Below are positions 49,856 to 60,471 of a DNA stretch of 64,000 nt, piece after piece (within the stretch, counting starts at the first letter, position 1; the number at the start of each line of letters is the position of its first letter). Origin of the DNA: Gemmatimonadales bacterium. Its GTDB lineage: Bacteria > Gemmatimonadota > Gemmatimonadetes > Gemmatimonadales > GWC2-71-9. A model generated the notes under the pieces. That model searched no databases and had not been told where the DNA came from. It saw only the letters and a program-made list of their open reading frames with translations. A program made the position numbers and the translations under genes. The DNA is taken from positions 1,152,001 to 1,216,000 of the forward strand of contig JBBCJC010000002.1 in the NCBI GenBank assembly GCA_037189525.1. The letters run 5' to 3'.

Positions 49856-51595
49856 ATGACCCAGCGGGTACCGTCGGAACCAGCGTCGCGCACGCACCTG
49901 TCTGACCGGGCCGACGAGGTCCTGATCGATACGCGTGTCAGCCTACCCGGTTTCCCGGTGCTGATGCGCTGGTTGCTGGTCGGGCGTACGCTGCTTGCCG
50001 TGCTGACGCTGGTACAGGCGGCGCTGGCCTTTACCCGCGCTCCGGAATCCGTCGCGGGCGATGCGGCCCGATACGTCGCGTTCGTCGCGGTCATCACGGT
50101 CGTGCTGGCGTTGGCGGTGACGGGGTATGCCGCCTACGTGGTTTTCGTTAGGCGGGAGCGTCCCGGACTCGGCTTCCTGCAGACGCAGGCGGCGATGGAC
50201 CTGCTCCTGGTCACGGCGCTGGTGCACTTTGCCGGTGCGGAGCAGAGCGGCTGGGCAGCACTGTACGTGCTCGTGATCGCGATGTACGGCCTGATGATGC
50301 CGCTCCGGTCCGGGATCGTGATGGCGGTTTTCGGGTCGGTGCTGTTCCTGGCCAACGCGAGCCTGGCCTATCCCGAGCGCGCAACGGCGCCCGGCCTCTG
50401 GGGCCAGGTGGTGGTTTTCACCCTGGTTTTCGTCTTCGTCACGTTCCTGGGGCAGCGGCTCCGGCGGGTGGCCGAGGAGCAGACCCAGCTCGAGAGCGAG
50501 CTGGAGCAGGTCCGGTTCCAGGCCGATGAGATCCTCCGGAACATCCGGTCCGGGGTGCTGACCGTCAACGGCCGGGGGGAACTGGCCTTCATCAACCCGA
50601 CGGCGGAGCAGATCCTCGATCTCTCAGAAGAATGGCTCGGGCGGCCGATACTGGAAACGCTGGAGGAGCGCGCCCCGGAGCTCCATCAGGCGGTGACGGG
50701 GGGGATCGAAACCGGCCGCCGGGTGGCGCGGGCGGAGGGGCAGGTGCGGCGGCGGAGCGGGCGGACGTTCCCGATCGGGCTCAGCACCACCACGTTCCGG
50801 CGGGAGGCCGAGACGGTCCCGTCCGTGACGGCGATCTTTACGGATATTTCGGATGCGCAGCATCTCCGCGAGCTGCATCTGCGGGCCGAGCGGCTGGAGG
50901 CGGTGGCGGCGCTGTCGGCTTCGCTGGCGCACGAGATCCGGAATCCGCTGGCCTCGATTCGGAGCGCGGTCGAGCAGCTGGTCCGGACCAGGAGCGACGA
51001 TCCGGATGAGCGCGTCCTGGGCGATCTGGTGCTTCGCGAGAGCGATCGTCTGAGCCGGTTGCTGGGCGAATTTCTGGACTTTTCCCGAGTGCGGGCCAGC
51101 CATTTTCGGATGGTCAACCTCCATTCGGTCGCGACGGATGCCGCACGGTTGGTGCGCGAGCATCCGGACTACGGGGCCGGAGTGGAGTTGGTCGTGTCGG
51201 GCGCGCCGGTGCTGGTGCAGGCGGATGAGGATCTGGTGCATCGGATCGTCTGGAATCTGATGCTCAACGCGGCCCAGGCGCTGCGTGGCACCGGCCGGAT
51301 CGAAGTGACGATCGATATGCCGCCGCCGAGCGAGCTGCCGAGTGGCGTGGCGTTCGAGCAGGTCGTGCGGCTTCGGGTCTCGGACAACGGGCCCGGGATC
51401 GATCCGGAAATTCGGGATCGTCTGTTTGAACCGTTTGCATCGGGCCGGCCCGGTGGCAGCGGGCTGGGGCTCGCGATCGTTCAGCGCGCGGTCGAGTCGC
51501 ACCGCGGTCTGGTGCTGGTCGATTCGGAGCCGGGGCAGGGCACCACCTTTACCATTTTGCTGCACGTGAAGATGACGATGGAGGACGCGGCATGA
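49856..51595 (+). CDS. PilS-like membrane sensor histidine kinase with PAS domain
   Basis: Six TM helices, PAS (FINPTAEQIL), LAHEIRNPL H-box, NLMLNA, DNGPG, GSGLGL. Confidence 0.9.
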   Translation: MTQRVPSEPASRTHLSDRADEVLIDTRVSLPGFPVLMRWLLVGRTLLAVLTLVQAALAFTRAPESVAGDAARYVAFVAVITVVLALAVTGYAAYVVFVRRERPGLGFLQTQAAMDLLLVTALVHFAGAEQSGWAALYVLVIAMYGLMMPLRSGIVMAVFGSVLFLANASLAYPERATAPGLWGQVVVFTLVFVFVTFLGQRLRRVAEEQTQLESELEQVRFQADEILRNIRSGVLTVNGRGELAFINPTAEQILDLSEEWLGRPILETLEERAPELHQAVTGGIETGRRVARAEGQVRRRSGRTFPIGLSTTTFRREAETVPSVTAIFTDISDAQHLRELHLRAERLEAVAALSASLAHEIRNPLASIRSAVEQLVRTRSDDPDERVLGDLVLRESDRLSRLLGEFLDFSRVRASHFRMVNLHSVATDAARLVREHPDYGAGVELVVSGAPVLVQADEDLVHRIVWNLMLNAAQALRGTGRIEVTIDMPPPSELPSGVAFEQVVRLRVSDNGPGIDPEIRDRLFEPFASGRPGGSGLGLAIVQRAVESHRGLVLVDSEPGQGTTFTILLHVKMTMEDAA

Positions 51596-52974
51596 GTCAG
51601 CAACCCTCGATCCTGATTGTCGACGACGAATCCGGAATCCTCGACACCCTTCGGATTCTGCTTCGCAAAGAGGGATTCGAGATCACGACGGCGCAGGGCG
51701 GTAAGGCTGGCCTGGAGCAGATCCGGGCCGGCAATCACGATATCGTCTTGACGGACGTCCGGATGCCGCAGGTGAGCGGGCTCGACATCCTGCAGGCGGC
51801 CAAGGATCAGGACGCCATGACGCCGGTCATTCTGATGACGGCGCAGGCATCGCTGCAAACCGCGGTGGCGGCCGTCAATGCCGGTGCCTTCTACTACATC
51901 CAGAAGCCGTTTTCGAACGACGAACTGCTCGCGATTCTGCGCCGGGCCTGCGAGTTCCGCCAGGTGCGCGTCGAGAATCGCTTGCTTCGGCAGGACATCC
52001 GGCGTCGCGGCAACGATCGTCCGTCGGTGTCCCGTCCCATCGGCAAGTCACGCCGCTTCCTCGATGTGCTGCGGTTGGCCGAGGTGGTGGCGCCGACCGA
52101 TTCGACGGTGCTGATCCAGGGTGAGAGCGGCACCGGTAAAGAGGTGCTGGCCCGTTACATCCACAATCTGTCGTCCCGGGCGGACGGTCCGTTCCTCTCG
52201 ATCAACTGCGGCGCCTTGCCGGAAAACCTGCTCGAGAGCGAACTCTTCGGTCACGTGAAGGGATCGTTTACGGGCGCGGTGCGCGACAAGCAGGGACTCT
52301 TCGCGGCGGCGCGCGGCGGCACCTTCTTCATGGACGAAGTGGGCGAAATGCCGCCCTCGCTCCAGATCAAGCTGTTGCGCGTGCTGCAGGAGCGCGAGGT
52401 CATTCCGGTCGGCGCCACGGAGGCCATTCCCGTCGACGTCCGGATCGTGGCCGCGACCAATCGGGATTTGGAGGAGGAGGTCCGGCGGGGGCATTTCCGA
52501 TCCGACCTGTTCTATCGCCTCAACGTGATTGCGCTCGACCTGCCCGCCTTGCGGGAGCGTCGCGACGATCTGATCCTCCTGATCGACGCCTTCCTGCAGG
52601 ATCTGAGCGTCGAGCGGAGCGACAACCCGCGGGCGCTGTCGTCCGAGGCGCTCGATGCGGTGATGGTGTACGACTGGCCGGGCAACGTCCGGGAGCTGCA
52701 GAACGCGCTCGAGCATGCCGTAGTGCTGTCGAAGGGCGACGTGATCGAGCCGACGGCGTTGCCGGAGCGGATCACCCGTCGGCGGCGGGAGCCGTTGATT
52801 GCGGAGCGATCGTCGCCCAACCCGTCGCTCGAAATCGTGGAGCGCGCCTACATCATGTGGGTGCTGCAGTCGGAGGGCGGCAACAAGACGCGGGCGGCCG
52901 AAGTGCTCGGCATCGATCCGTCGACGCTCTATCGCAAGCTGTCGCGGTACGAGGAGCAGAGCGCCAGTGCCTGA
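51592..52974 (+). CDS. PilR-like sigma54-dependent response regulator
   Basis: REC domain, GESGTGKE, ESELFGH..GSFTGA, WPGNVREL, Fis-type HTH. Confidence 0.93.
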   Translation: MSQQPSILIVDDESGILDTLRILLRKEGFEITTAQGGKAGLEQIRAGNHDIVLTDVRMPQVSGLDILQAAKDQDAMTPVILMTAQASLQTAVAAVNAGAFYYIQKPFSNDELLAILRRACEFRQVRVENRLLRQDIRRRGNDRPSVSRPIGKSRRFLDVLRLAEVVAPTDSTVLIQGESGTGKEVLARYIHNLSSRADGPFLSINCGALPENLLESELFGHVKGSFTGAVRDKQGLFAAARGGTFFMDEVGEMPPSLQIKLLRVLQEREVIPVGATEAIPVDVRIVAATNRDLEEEVRRGHFRSDLFYRLNVIALDLPALRERRDDLILLIDAFLQDLSVERSDNPRALSSEALDAVMVYDWPGNVRELQNALEHAVVLSKGDVIEPTALPERITRRRREPLIAERSSPNPSLEIVERAYIMWVLQSEGGNKTRAAEVLGIDPSTLYRKLSRYEEQSASA

Positions 52975-53692
52975 GCGGCTCGCGCCCGGTGACCAGGCCG
53001 GTGCGGAGACGCTCGAGATCATGGCGGCGGCTCCGAACTACAACACCTGGATGTACGACGCGATCGCGCCGTATCTGGGCCGGAGCGTGCTGGAGGTCGG
53101 GTCGGGAATCGGCAACATGTCGGAGCAGATGCTCAAGCGCGGCGTCGATCGTCTGGTCTTGACCGACATGGATGCGTGGTACCGGGAGCGCCTGGCCGAG
53201 CGATTTGCGGAGCGACCGGAGGTTCGGGTGGATACGCTGATGCTGCCCGATCCGACGGCGGCATCGCGCTTTCGCGAGGATCGGCTCGACACCATCGTTG
53301 CGCTCAACGTGGTCGAGCACATCGAAGATGATGTCGGCGCGCTCCAGACCATGCGCGGCATGCTGGTGCCCGGCGGTCGGATCGTGATCCTGGTCCCTGC
53401 CTTGCAGGCCATCTACGGCGAGATGGATCGGGAGCTCGGGCACTTCCGGCGCTACGGCAAGCGTGCGCTGGCCGAGGTGTTCCGGCGGGCGGGATTCCAG
53501 GTCGATCACATAGCATGGTGGAACCGGGTTGGCGTGGCAGGCTGGTGGTTCAACGGCAAGGTTCGCAAGGTGAGCCGCATTCCGCTCGGCCAGCTGGAAC
53601 GATTCGATCGATTGGTCCCATTGCTTCGGTTGGAGCGATACCTGCCTCTTCCGTTCGGTCAGTCACTGATTGCAGTCGGGAGTCCGGCATGA
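52967..53692 (+). CDS. Class I SAM-dependent methyltransferase
   Basis: [21 protein letters not shown]...D...GHFRRY; GTG start overlapping the regulator stop. Confidence 0.9.
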   Translation: MPERLAPGDQAGAETLEIMAAAPNYNTWMYDAIAPYLGRSVLEVGSGIGNMSEQMLKRGVDRLVLTDMDAWYRERLAERFAERPEVRVDTLMLPDPTAASRFREDRLDTIVALNVVEHIEDDVGALQTMRGMLVPGGRIVILVPALQAIYGEMDRELGHFRRYGKRALAEVFRRAGFQVDHIAWWNRVGVAGWWFNGKVRKVSRIPLGQLERFDRLVPLLRLERYLPLPFGQSLIAVGSPA

Positions 53693-54414
53693 ACGAGCTG
53701 CCCAAGCTCAGCGTGATCGTTCCGGTCTACAACGAGAAGGCGACTCTCCGCATCATCATCGATCGGTTGCACGCCATTCCGCTGCCGATGGAAATCATTG
53801 CCGTCAACGACCGGTCGACCGACGGCAGCACCGAGATCCTCGACGAGCTCAAGGCGCAGGGACAGATTGATGTGCTGGTGCATCAGCCCGTCAACCGTGG
53901 TAAGGGCTATGCGATCCGCACCGGTATCGCGCACGCCACCGGTGATGTGATCGTGATTCAGGACGCCGACCTCGAGTATGATCCGATCGAGTTCGGTCGG
54001 CTGCTGAGCCCGATTCTGGAGGGGAAAGCGGACGCGGTGTTCGGGTCGCGCTTCCTGGGCGGTGAGCGACGGGTGCTCTACTTTTGGCACTCGGTCGGCA
54101 ACCAGCTGCTGACGCTGGTCTCCAACATGTTCACGAATCTCAATCTGACGGACATGGAGACCTGTTATAAAATGGTGCGTGCACCGATCATGAAGTCGTT
54201 GATCCTGACGACCGATCGGTTCGGCTTCGAGCCGGAGCTGACGGCGCGGCTGGCGCAGGCCAAAGCGCGAATCTGGGAGATTCAGATTTCCTATTCCGGT
54301 CGCACCTACGAAGAAGGGAAGAAGATCGGCTGGAAAGACGGCGTCGCTGCGTTTTTCCATATCGTTCGCTTCAACCTGTTCCCACCCAGAAAAAGGCCGG
54401 CGGACACGCCGTGA
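53689..54414 (+). CDS. GT2 polyprenol-phosphate glycosyltransferase (DPM1-like)
   Basis: [44 protein letters not shown]. Confidence 0.93.
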   Translation: MNELPKLSVIVPVYNEKATLRIIIDRLHAIPLPMEIIAVNDRSTDGSTEILDELKAQGQIDVLVHQPVNRGKGYAIRTGIAHATGDVIVIQDADLEYDPIEFGRLLSPILEGKADAVFGSRFLGGERRVLYFWHSVGNQLLTLVSNMFTNLNLTDMETCYKMVRAPIMKSLILTTDRFGFEPELTARLAQAKARIWEIQISYSGRTYEEGKKIGWKDGVAAFFHIVRFNLFPPRKRPADTP

Positions 54415-56405
54415 TGTCGACCACCTCGATCCGGCGCGCCATCGCCGTGCTGATCGGGGTGGCGAGCCTGCTCCCGATTGCCGACTTCATATCCGGCGGA
54501 CCGGCCCATGCCGGGTACGCCGAGACCGTGGTTGGATGGCTGTCCGGAGCGGCGATCGTGGCGGGCGGCGGCTTCCTGCTGGCAATGCTGTCCGAGCGTC
54601 TGCCGCTGCTCTGGCGCGCGGGTGCGCTCGGTCGCCTGCTGCGAATCATCGATCCGGTTGCGACGCGGAGCCTGGTCGGGGTCGCCGTCGTGGCGACGGT
54701 GGTATACGCAGCAATCGCGCTCCTCGTATTCGACGGCCTGCCGCTTCACATCGACGAGATCGTTCAGGCCTATCAGGCGCGCATGTACGTCTCGGCACGT
54801 ACCTGGCTGCCCGTGCCGCCCGATCCTGCTCTCACGAGTATCATGCATCTCGTCGAGTACGAGGGCCGTCGGTTCGGCCACTTCCCGCCCGGCGGTCCGC
54901 TCTGGCTCGGGCTGGGTGAACTGGTGCGGGCGCCGTGGCTGGCGGTGCCTGTTGCCGGCGGGCTGGCAGTCGTAGCCTGGGGGCTCTTGCTCCGCCACCT
55001 TGAGACGCGGCCGTCTGTCCGTGCCGGCGCGCTCCTCCTCTTTGCGTTTGCGCCGATGACGGCCTTTCTGGCCGGGTCCCATATGAACCACACCACCGCA
55101 CTGATGGCGGTGTTGTTTGGTGCTGTCGGCCTTTTCAGGATGCTCGCATCGCCGGGCAGGGTGGGGCCGGGGATCCTCGCGGGCGCTGCATTTGGCTTTG
55201 CGGCGATCGTGCGTCCCGCCGATGCGCTGGCTTGGGGTGCGCCGGCTGGTCTCTGGCTCCTGATGAAGGCGCGATCCGATCGACGTTTGATTCAGGGCAT
55301 CGGTGCGGCGGTCGTTGCCGGTGTGGTCCCGTTGATCGTAGCCGGGTGGATTCAGCTCGAGACGACCGGGTCGCCGTTTCGATCGGCGTATGCGCTCATG
55401 TGGGGCCCGAATGTCGGGTTGGGCTTTCATCCGGCGCCGTGGGGGCCGGATCACACCGTGCTGCGGGGGCTCGAACTCGTTACCCTCTACCTATACCGCC
55501 TCAACATCTATCTCTTTGAATTCCCGATTCCATCGCTGCTGCCGGCTCTGATTGCGTTAGTGCTGGCGGCTCGGCTCGCGGCGCCGGATCGATATCTGTT
55601 GGCAGCTGCGAGCGGGGTTCTCGTACTCTACTTCGCCTATTGGTTCGATGGTTTCTATCTGGGTCCACGTTTCGTGGCGACCCTGGCGCCGATTGCCGCG
55701 TTGTGGACGGCACGATTGACTGCGCTGGTGGAGGCGCGAATCGGGCGGGGACGTGCGATGCGGAGTGTGGTGTTCGGCCTGGGGCTGGCCGTCGGGTTGG
55801 CGCTGGCGACCGGGGTGCCGGTCCGACTGACACAACACAGTCACGCCATGCAATCGACTCGATGGAGCCCGGATGCGCTGGCAAGGCACGCCGGGATCTC
55901 GAATGCGACGATCCTCGTTCGGGAGAGTTGGGGCGCCCAGACGCTGGCGCGGCTCTGGGCGTTGGGGATCTCGCGTCCGGACGCGGAGCGCCTCTATCGC
56001 AATGTCGATACCTGCGTACTCGACGGCGCGATTCGGCAACTCGAGGCCGCGCATGTCGACTCGGCGGCCGCGCTCGCGCGGCTAGTACCGTTGCAGGCCG
56101 ATTCGAGTCGGCTGATCGCCTCACCGCTTTCTCCGGATTCCACGGAGCGCGCGTTGCCGGGGGCCAGGTACGAGGCGCGGTGTGTTGCCCGGTTCGTCGA
56201 GGATCGGGCAGGCTTTACGGTCTTTCCGCCGGCGCTGCTTTCCCGCCGAGATGATCTCGTGTTCGTGCGAGACCTGCAGGAACGCAGTGCGGCTGTGGTA
56301 CGAGCGGGGCAATCGGATGCGGTCTATCTGCTCCGCCGGGACCTCGACTCGGGCCGGCTGATGCTCGAACCCGTCTCGCGCGATTCCGTCCAGTCCCTTC
56401 AGTGA
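54411..56405 (+). CDS. GT-C fold multi-TM glycosyltransferase (PMT/ArnT-like)
   Basis: HIDE..Y.YQA periplasmic DE motif, FPPG, SHMNH, many TMs, GPRF; follows the GT2. Confidence 0.72.
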   Translation: MMSTTSIRRAIAVLIGVASLLPIADFISGGPAHAGYAETVVGWLSGAAIVAGGGFLLAMLSERLPLLWRAGALGRLLRIIDPVATRSLVGVAVVATVVYAAIALLVFDGLPLHIDEIVQAYQARMYVSARTWLPVPPDPALTSIMHLVEYEGRRFGHFPPGGPLWLGLGELVRAPWLAVPVAGGLAVVAWGLLLRHLETRPSVRAGALLLFAFAPMTAFLAGSHMNHTTALMAVLFGAVGLFRMLASPGRVGPGILAGAAFGFAAIVRPADALAWGAPAGLWLLMKARSDRRLIQGIGAAVVAGVVPLIVAGWIQLETTGSPFRSAYALMWGPNVGLGFHPAPWGPDHTVLRGLELVTLYLYRLNIYLFEFPIPSLLPALIALVLAARLAAPDRYLLAAASGVLVLYFAYWFDGFYLGPRFVATLAPIAALWTARLTALVEARIGRGRAMRSVVFGLGLAVGLALATGVPVRLTQHSHAMQSTRWSPDALARHAGISNATILVRESWGAQTLARLWALGISRPDAERLYRNVDTCVLDGAIRQLEAAHVDSAAALARLVPLQADSSRLIASPLSPDSTERALPGARYEARCVARFVEDRAGFTVFPPALLSRRDDLVFVRDLQERSAAVVRAGQSDAVYLLRRDLDSGRLMLEPVSRDSVQSLQ

Positions 56406-56429
56406 TTTTATGCCCGGGCACCTGATCTA

Positions 56430-56482
56430 TTGACAGCGGTCCATTTCTTCAGTATCAATAACGCAATATCAATTTCATCTTA
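56430..56482 (+). promoter_or_regulatory. Sigma70-like promoter with AT-rich operator
   Basis: TTGACA-17 nt-TATCAA; direct repeat TATCAAT at 56453 and 56467 in a strongly AT-rich patch. Confidence 0.6.
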
Positions 56483-56492
56483 ATTGGTTCTC

Positions 56493-56813
56493 ATGGTTCC
56501 ACCGCGCCGCCATTGGATGTCACGATCCGGTCGGGATCGAATCGCCCTGGTGATTCGGCTCGTCCTGATCATGGCGTTCGGCTGGTCGGCGACGGCTGGA
56601 TCTGTCCATCGTGTTCACGAACTGACGAACGGTCCTCATCACTGTGCCGTGTGCATCGTCGGTCACACGGTGGGCGCCCCTTTGCCGGTCTCGTCGTTCG
56701 ACTTTGCGCCGGGCGGAGTTGAGCGTGCCCAGGATGAGCTGACCGGTCCGTTCTCGGTCCGCTCGTGTCGCATCGTTCCTTCGCCGGCGCGCAGCCCACC
56801 GACCATCCTGTAG
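56493..56813 (+). CDS. DUF2946/CruR-like leader protein with CxxC, His cluster and C-terminal RSPP
   Basis: N-terminal hydrophobic segment, HRVH...HHCAVC, ends PARSPPTIL; first ORF of the operon. Confidence 0.7.
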   Translation: MVPPRRHWMSRSGRDRIALVIRLVLIMAFGWSATAGSVHRVHELTNGPHHCAVCIVGHTVGAPLPVSSFDFAPGGVERAQDELTGPFSVRSCRIVPSPARSPPTIL

Positions 56814-56918
56814 CACCCCGTCACATCAGCAGGTCGCGGCCACGTGCCGCAACGCCACGTCTTTCGAGATCTGGCGTGTCCTCCGCTATCCACCGGTTCG
56901 TCCGGGGGGAACGACAGC

Positions 56919-57623
56919 ATGCTCGAAGCGATCAATCTGACCAAGTCGTATAACGGTACCGTCGCGCTGCACCCGTTGACGTTGACGGTGCGTCCCGGGG
57001 AGATCTTCTGCCTGCTAGGCGCCAACGGGGCCGGCAAAACGACCACCATCAATCTCTTCCTCAATTTCGTCGAGCCCTCGGGCGGCGTGGCCCGGATCGA
57101 CGGGATCGTCGCATCGGAACGCCCGCTCGAGACGAAACGCCTGCTGGCGTATATCCCGGAGCAGGTCACCCTGTATCGCCATCTGAGCGGGCTCGAGAAC
57201 CTCGAGTACTTCTCGGTGCTCGGTGGGCAGTCGCGATATTCAGAGGCAGAGTTGCTCGGGTTTCTCGACCACGTCGGTCTGGATGCGGCGGCGGCTCGGC
57301 GGCGGGTCGGATCGTACTCGAAAGGCATGCGCCAGAAGGTCGGGATTGCAATCGCGATTGCCAAGAAAGCCAAGGCTCTGCTGTTGGACGAGCCGACCAG
57401 CGGCCTCGATCCCAAGGCGTCCAACGAATTCTCGACCCTGCTCGGCCTGCTGAGCGATCAGGGTGTCGCGGTCCTGATGGCGACACATGACCTCTTCCGC
57501 GCCAAGGAGTCCGGCCACCGGCTCGGCATCATGAAGCAGGGACGCTTGGTTAGTACGGTCGCGGCCAACGAGATCGGACACGCCGATCTCGAGCAACTGT
57601 ACCTCCAGCACATGAGGGACTAG
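56919..57623 (+). CDS. ABC transporter ATP-binding protein
   Basis: GANGAGKTT, YSKGMRQK, LLDEPTSGLD, ATHD. Confidence 0.95.
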   Translation: MLEAINLTKSYNGTVALHPLTLTVRPGEIFCLLGANGAGKTTTINLFLNFVEPSGGVARIDGIVASERPLETKRLLAYIPEQVTLYRHLSGLENLEYFSVLGGQSRYSEAELLGFLDHVGLDAAAARRRVGSYSKGMRQKVGIAIAIAKKAKALLLDEPTSGLDPKASNEFSTLLGLLSDQGVAVLMATHDLFRAKESGHRLGIMKQGRLVSTVAANEIGHADLEQLYLQHMRD

Positions 57624-57625
57624 CC

Positions 57626-59032
57626 ATGATCGGCGCAATCGTCAGAAAAGAAATCCGGGAGATAGCGCGCGACGGTCGCTTTCGCGTCGCGGCAATCACC
57701 GTGCTGGTGCTCCTGGTCGCTGCGCTCGCGGTGGGATGGCGGGCGGCGGCGTCTGCCCACGCCGAACGGGATGCGGCGGCCAATCTGGCCCGCTCCCATT
57801 GGGTCAATCAGCCGGCCAAGAATCCGCACTCCGCTGCGCACTATGGGGTCTATGCGTTCAAGCCCAAGACGCCGCTCTCGTTCGTCGATGACGGGGTCGA
57901 TCCCTATACCGGTGTGCTGGCGTATCTGGAGGCCCATGTCCAGAACGATTTCACGCATCGGCCTGCCGCTGACGGCACCGCGCTGTCCCGATTCGGGGCG
58001 TTGACGGCTGCGGGCGTGCTCCAGGTGCTCGTTCCGCTCCTGATCGTGGTGCTCGCGGCTGGTACGATCGCCGGCGAGCGGGAGCAGGGGACGTTGCGGC
58101 AGCTCCTGAGTGTCGGCGTGCGGAGCCGCGATCTGGCGATCGGCAAGATGCTGGGCCTGGGAGGCGCTCTGATGCTGTTGCTGATCCCGGCCACGATCAT
58201 CGGTGTGGCGGCGCTGTTGGTGGGGACCGATGGCAGCGGCAGTGGCAGCCGTTTTCTGCTCCTGGCCGCCGTCTACCTCGGCTACTTCATCGTTTGGATC
58301 GCCTTGTCGTTCGCGGTGTCGGCCTGGGCGCCATCGACTCGTGCCGCGCTGATCTGTCTGCTCGGGCTCTGGATGGTCAACAGTCTGCTGGCTCCCAGGG
58401 CGGCGACCGATTTGGTGCGACGGCTCCACCCGACCCCGACGGCGCTCGAGTTCCAGCGGGTCATGGCGGCGGAGCAGCAGGCGGACTCCACTGGCCGGAC
58501 GTACGCCCAGTATCAGGAGGCGTTTCAGCGCGAGGTGCTGTCGCGATATCGGGTCGATAGTGTTGCGGACCTGCCGGTCAATTTTGCTGGTTTGAGTCTC
58601 GATGCCAGCGAGCGATGGAGCGACGCGGTCTTCGACCGCAACTATGGCCGCTTGTGGGCCACCTACGTCCGGCAGGATCAGGCCCGCAGTCTGTTCGGGT
58701 TTGCCTTTCCGTTCGTGGCGGTTCGGGCATTGTCACAGGGATTGGCGGGCACCGACTTCTATCATCATCGCGAGTTTGCGACGGCCGCCGAGCAGTATCG
58801 CCGCCATCTGGTGCGCGTCATGAACGACGACCTGGCGGAACATGGCAAGACGGCGGGATTTCAGTACATGGGAGACCACGCCCTCTGGTCGTCGGTCGAG
58901 CCGTTCGAGTATCAGACGCCTGAGGTCGGTTTCGTCATGGCCCATCATGGCCGTGATCTCGCAGCGTTGGGTGGGTGGCTCGTGCTCGGTCTCGGGCTCG
59001 CGCTGGTCGGCGCGCGGAGGGTCCGGGTATGA
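57626..59032 (+). CDS. ABC-2 type permease, DUF3526-like
   Basis: KNPHSAAHYG.YAFKP, LEAHVQN, EREQGTL, LAGTD..HH..F..AAEQYR. Confidence 0.85.
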   Translation: MIGAIVRKEIREIARDGRFRVAAITVLVLLVAALAVGWRAAASAHAERDAAANLARSHWVNQPAKNPHSAAHYGVYAFKPKTPLSFVDDGVDPYTGVLAYLEAHVQNDFTHRPAADGTALSRFGALTAAGVLQVLVPLLIVVLAAGTIAGEREQGTLRQLLSVGVRSRDLAIGKMLGLGGALMLLLIPATIIGVAALLVGTDGSGSGSRFLLLAAVYLGYFIVWIALSFAVSAWAPSTRAALICLLGLWMVNSLLAPRAATDLVRRLHPTPTALEFQRVMAAEQQADSTGRTYAQYQEAFQREVLSRYRVDSVADLPVNFAGLSLDASERWSDAVFDRNYGRLWATYVRQDQARSLFGFAFPFVAVRALSQGLAGTDFYHHREFATAAEQYRRHLVRVMNDDLAEHGKTAGFQYMGDHALWSSVEPFEYQTPEVGFVMAHHGRDLAALGGWLVLGLGLALVGARRVRV

Positions 59033-60471
59033 GCAGCGTCTTTGGTCGGATGCTTCGTCATGAATGGCGGATGCTCACGGCCGATCGGACCGTCTGGTTG
59101 GTGTCGATCATTTTCGGCCTGCTGATCCTGTACGCGGTCGGCAACGGGGTCAGCTGGGTCCGGTCACAGGAGGTGGTCCTCGATTCGGTGGAAGCGGACG
59201 GCAGCCGTCGCCTGGCGCAGCTGACTCGTGCGCTCGACTCGATCCCCGCGGACGCGCCGCCGCCTGCCGCGTTCGGGCGCGATCCCCGCAGTCCCGGCAG
59301 CGTCGGGAACTTCGACGGGGCGCAGTTCGCGACGCTGCGTCCGCAAGCGCTGGCTCCGCTGGCAGTCGGCCAGACCGACCTGCTGCCGCAATATCTCCGG
59401 GTCACGATGCGGAGCAAGCTGACGCTGGCAGCGGCTCAGGAGCTCGAAAACCCCTCTAATCTGCTGGAGGGGCGTTTCGATCTCGCCTTCGTCGTCGTGT
59501 ATCTCTTCCCGCTGTTCATCCTTGCTCTGGGCTTCAATCTCCTTGCGGCCGAGCGGGAGGGAGGCACGCTGGGAATGGTTGCGGCGCAGCCGGTGTCGCT
59601 CGCGGCACATCTCGGCGCCAAGGTGGTGGTGCGGGGCGGCTTCATGCTCGGCCTGGCCATGGTCGCCACCCTGGTCGGTCTGCTACTGAATGGTGCTTTG
59701 CCCGGCATGCCTCCGGGGAAGCTGGCGCTCTGGTTTCTGGTGCTCGCGGCGTACGGCGCATTCTGGTTTGCGGTGGCCGTCGTCGTCAACGCCGTTCCGC
59801 GATCGTCGGCGGCCAACGCGACGATCCTGGCGGGTGTCTGGCTCCTGCTCGTCGTGGTCGTTCCGGCCGTGGCCGGCACGCTGGTCAACACGTTGCACCC
59901 GATGCCATCCCGGGTCGAGCTGATCGGCGCGATGCGGACGGCATCGAACGATGCCAGTGCCCGCGGCGCGCAACTGCTGGCCAAGGTCTATGGAGACCAT
60001 CTCGACCTGGCGCCGTCCGGCGCCATGACGTCGGCCGACTTCATGTCGCGCACCTATGCGGTCCAGGAGGAAGTCGATCGGCAGCTGGCGCCGCTGGCCG
60101 ACCGTTTCGATGCACAGCTCGATCGGCAACACGTTTTGGCGGCGCGGTATCAGCTCGCCAGCCCGGCGCTGGTGGCATCATTTGCCTTTGCCGACCTTGC
60201 GGGCACCGGACCGACCCGGTATCGGCACTGGCGCGAGAAGGTAGCCAGCTATCACGAGGCGTGGCAGCAGTTCTTCATTCCACGAGCCTTCCGGCACGAG
60301 TGGCTGGATGCTTCGGCATATCCGGCGATTCCCCGTTTTTCCTACGGCGACGAGTCTCGGAGTGAGGTGCTTCGCCGGGTCGGGATCGCGCTGGTCGTGC
60401 TGCTCCTTCCGACCGTGTTGTTGGCGGGCTATTCGGTGCGTCGCCTCAAGCGCTATCAAGTTGCCGTATGA
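59029..60471 (+). CDS. Second ABC-2 type permease, DUF3526-like
   Basis: LAVGQTDLLP, ENP.NLL.GRFDLAFV..YLFPL, EREGGTL, LAGTG. Confidence 0.85.
   Translation: MSSVFGRMLRHEWRMLTADRTVWLVSIIFGLLILYAVGNGVSWVRSQEVVLDSVEADGSRRLAQLTRALDSIPADAPPPAAFGRDPRSPGSVGNFDGAQFATLRPQALAPLAVGQTDLLPQYLRVTMRSKLTLAAAQELENPSNLLEGRFDLAFVVVYLFPLFILALGFNLLAAEREGGTLGMVAAQPVSLAAHLGAKVVVRGGFMLGLAMVATLVGLLLNGALPGMPPGKLALWFLVLAAYGAFWFAVAVVVNAVPRSSAANATILAGVWLLLVVVVPAVAGTLVNTLHPMPSRVELIGAMRTASNDASARGAQLLAKVYGDHLDLAPSGAMTSADFMSRTYAVQEEVDRQLAPLADRFDAQLDRQHVLAARYQLASPALVASFAFADLAGTGPTRYRHWREKVASYHEAWQQFFIPRAFRHEWLDASAYPAIPRFSYGDESRSEVLRRVGIALVVLLLPTVLLAGYSVRRLKRYQVAV

Noticed and set aside
52967..54414. Methyltransferase and GT2 genes both 726 nt long
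   Set aside because: No sequence similarity; coincidence.
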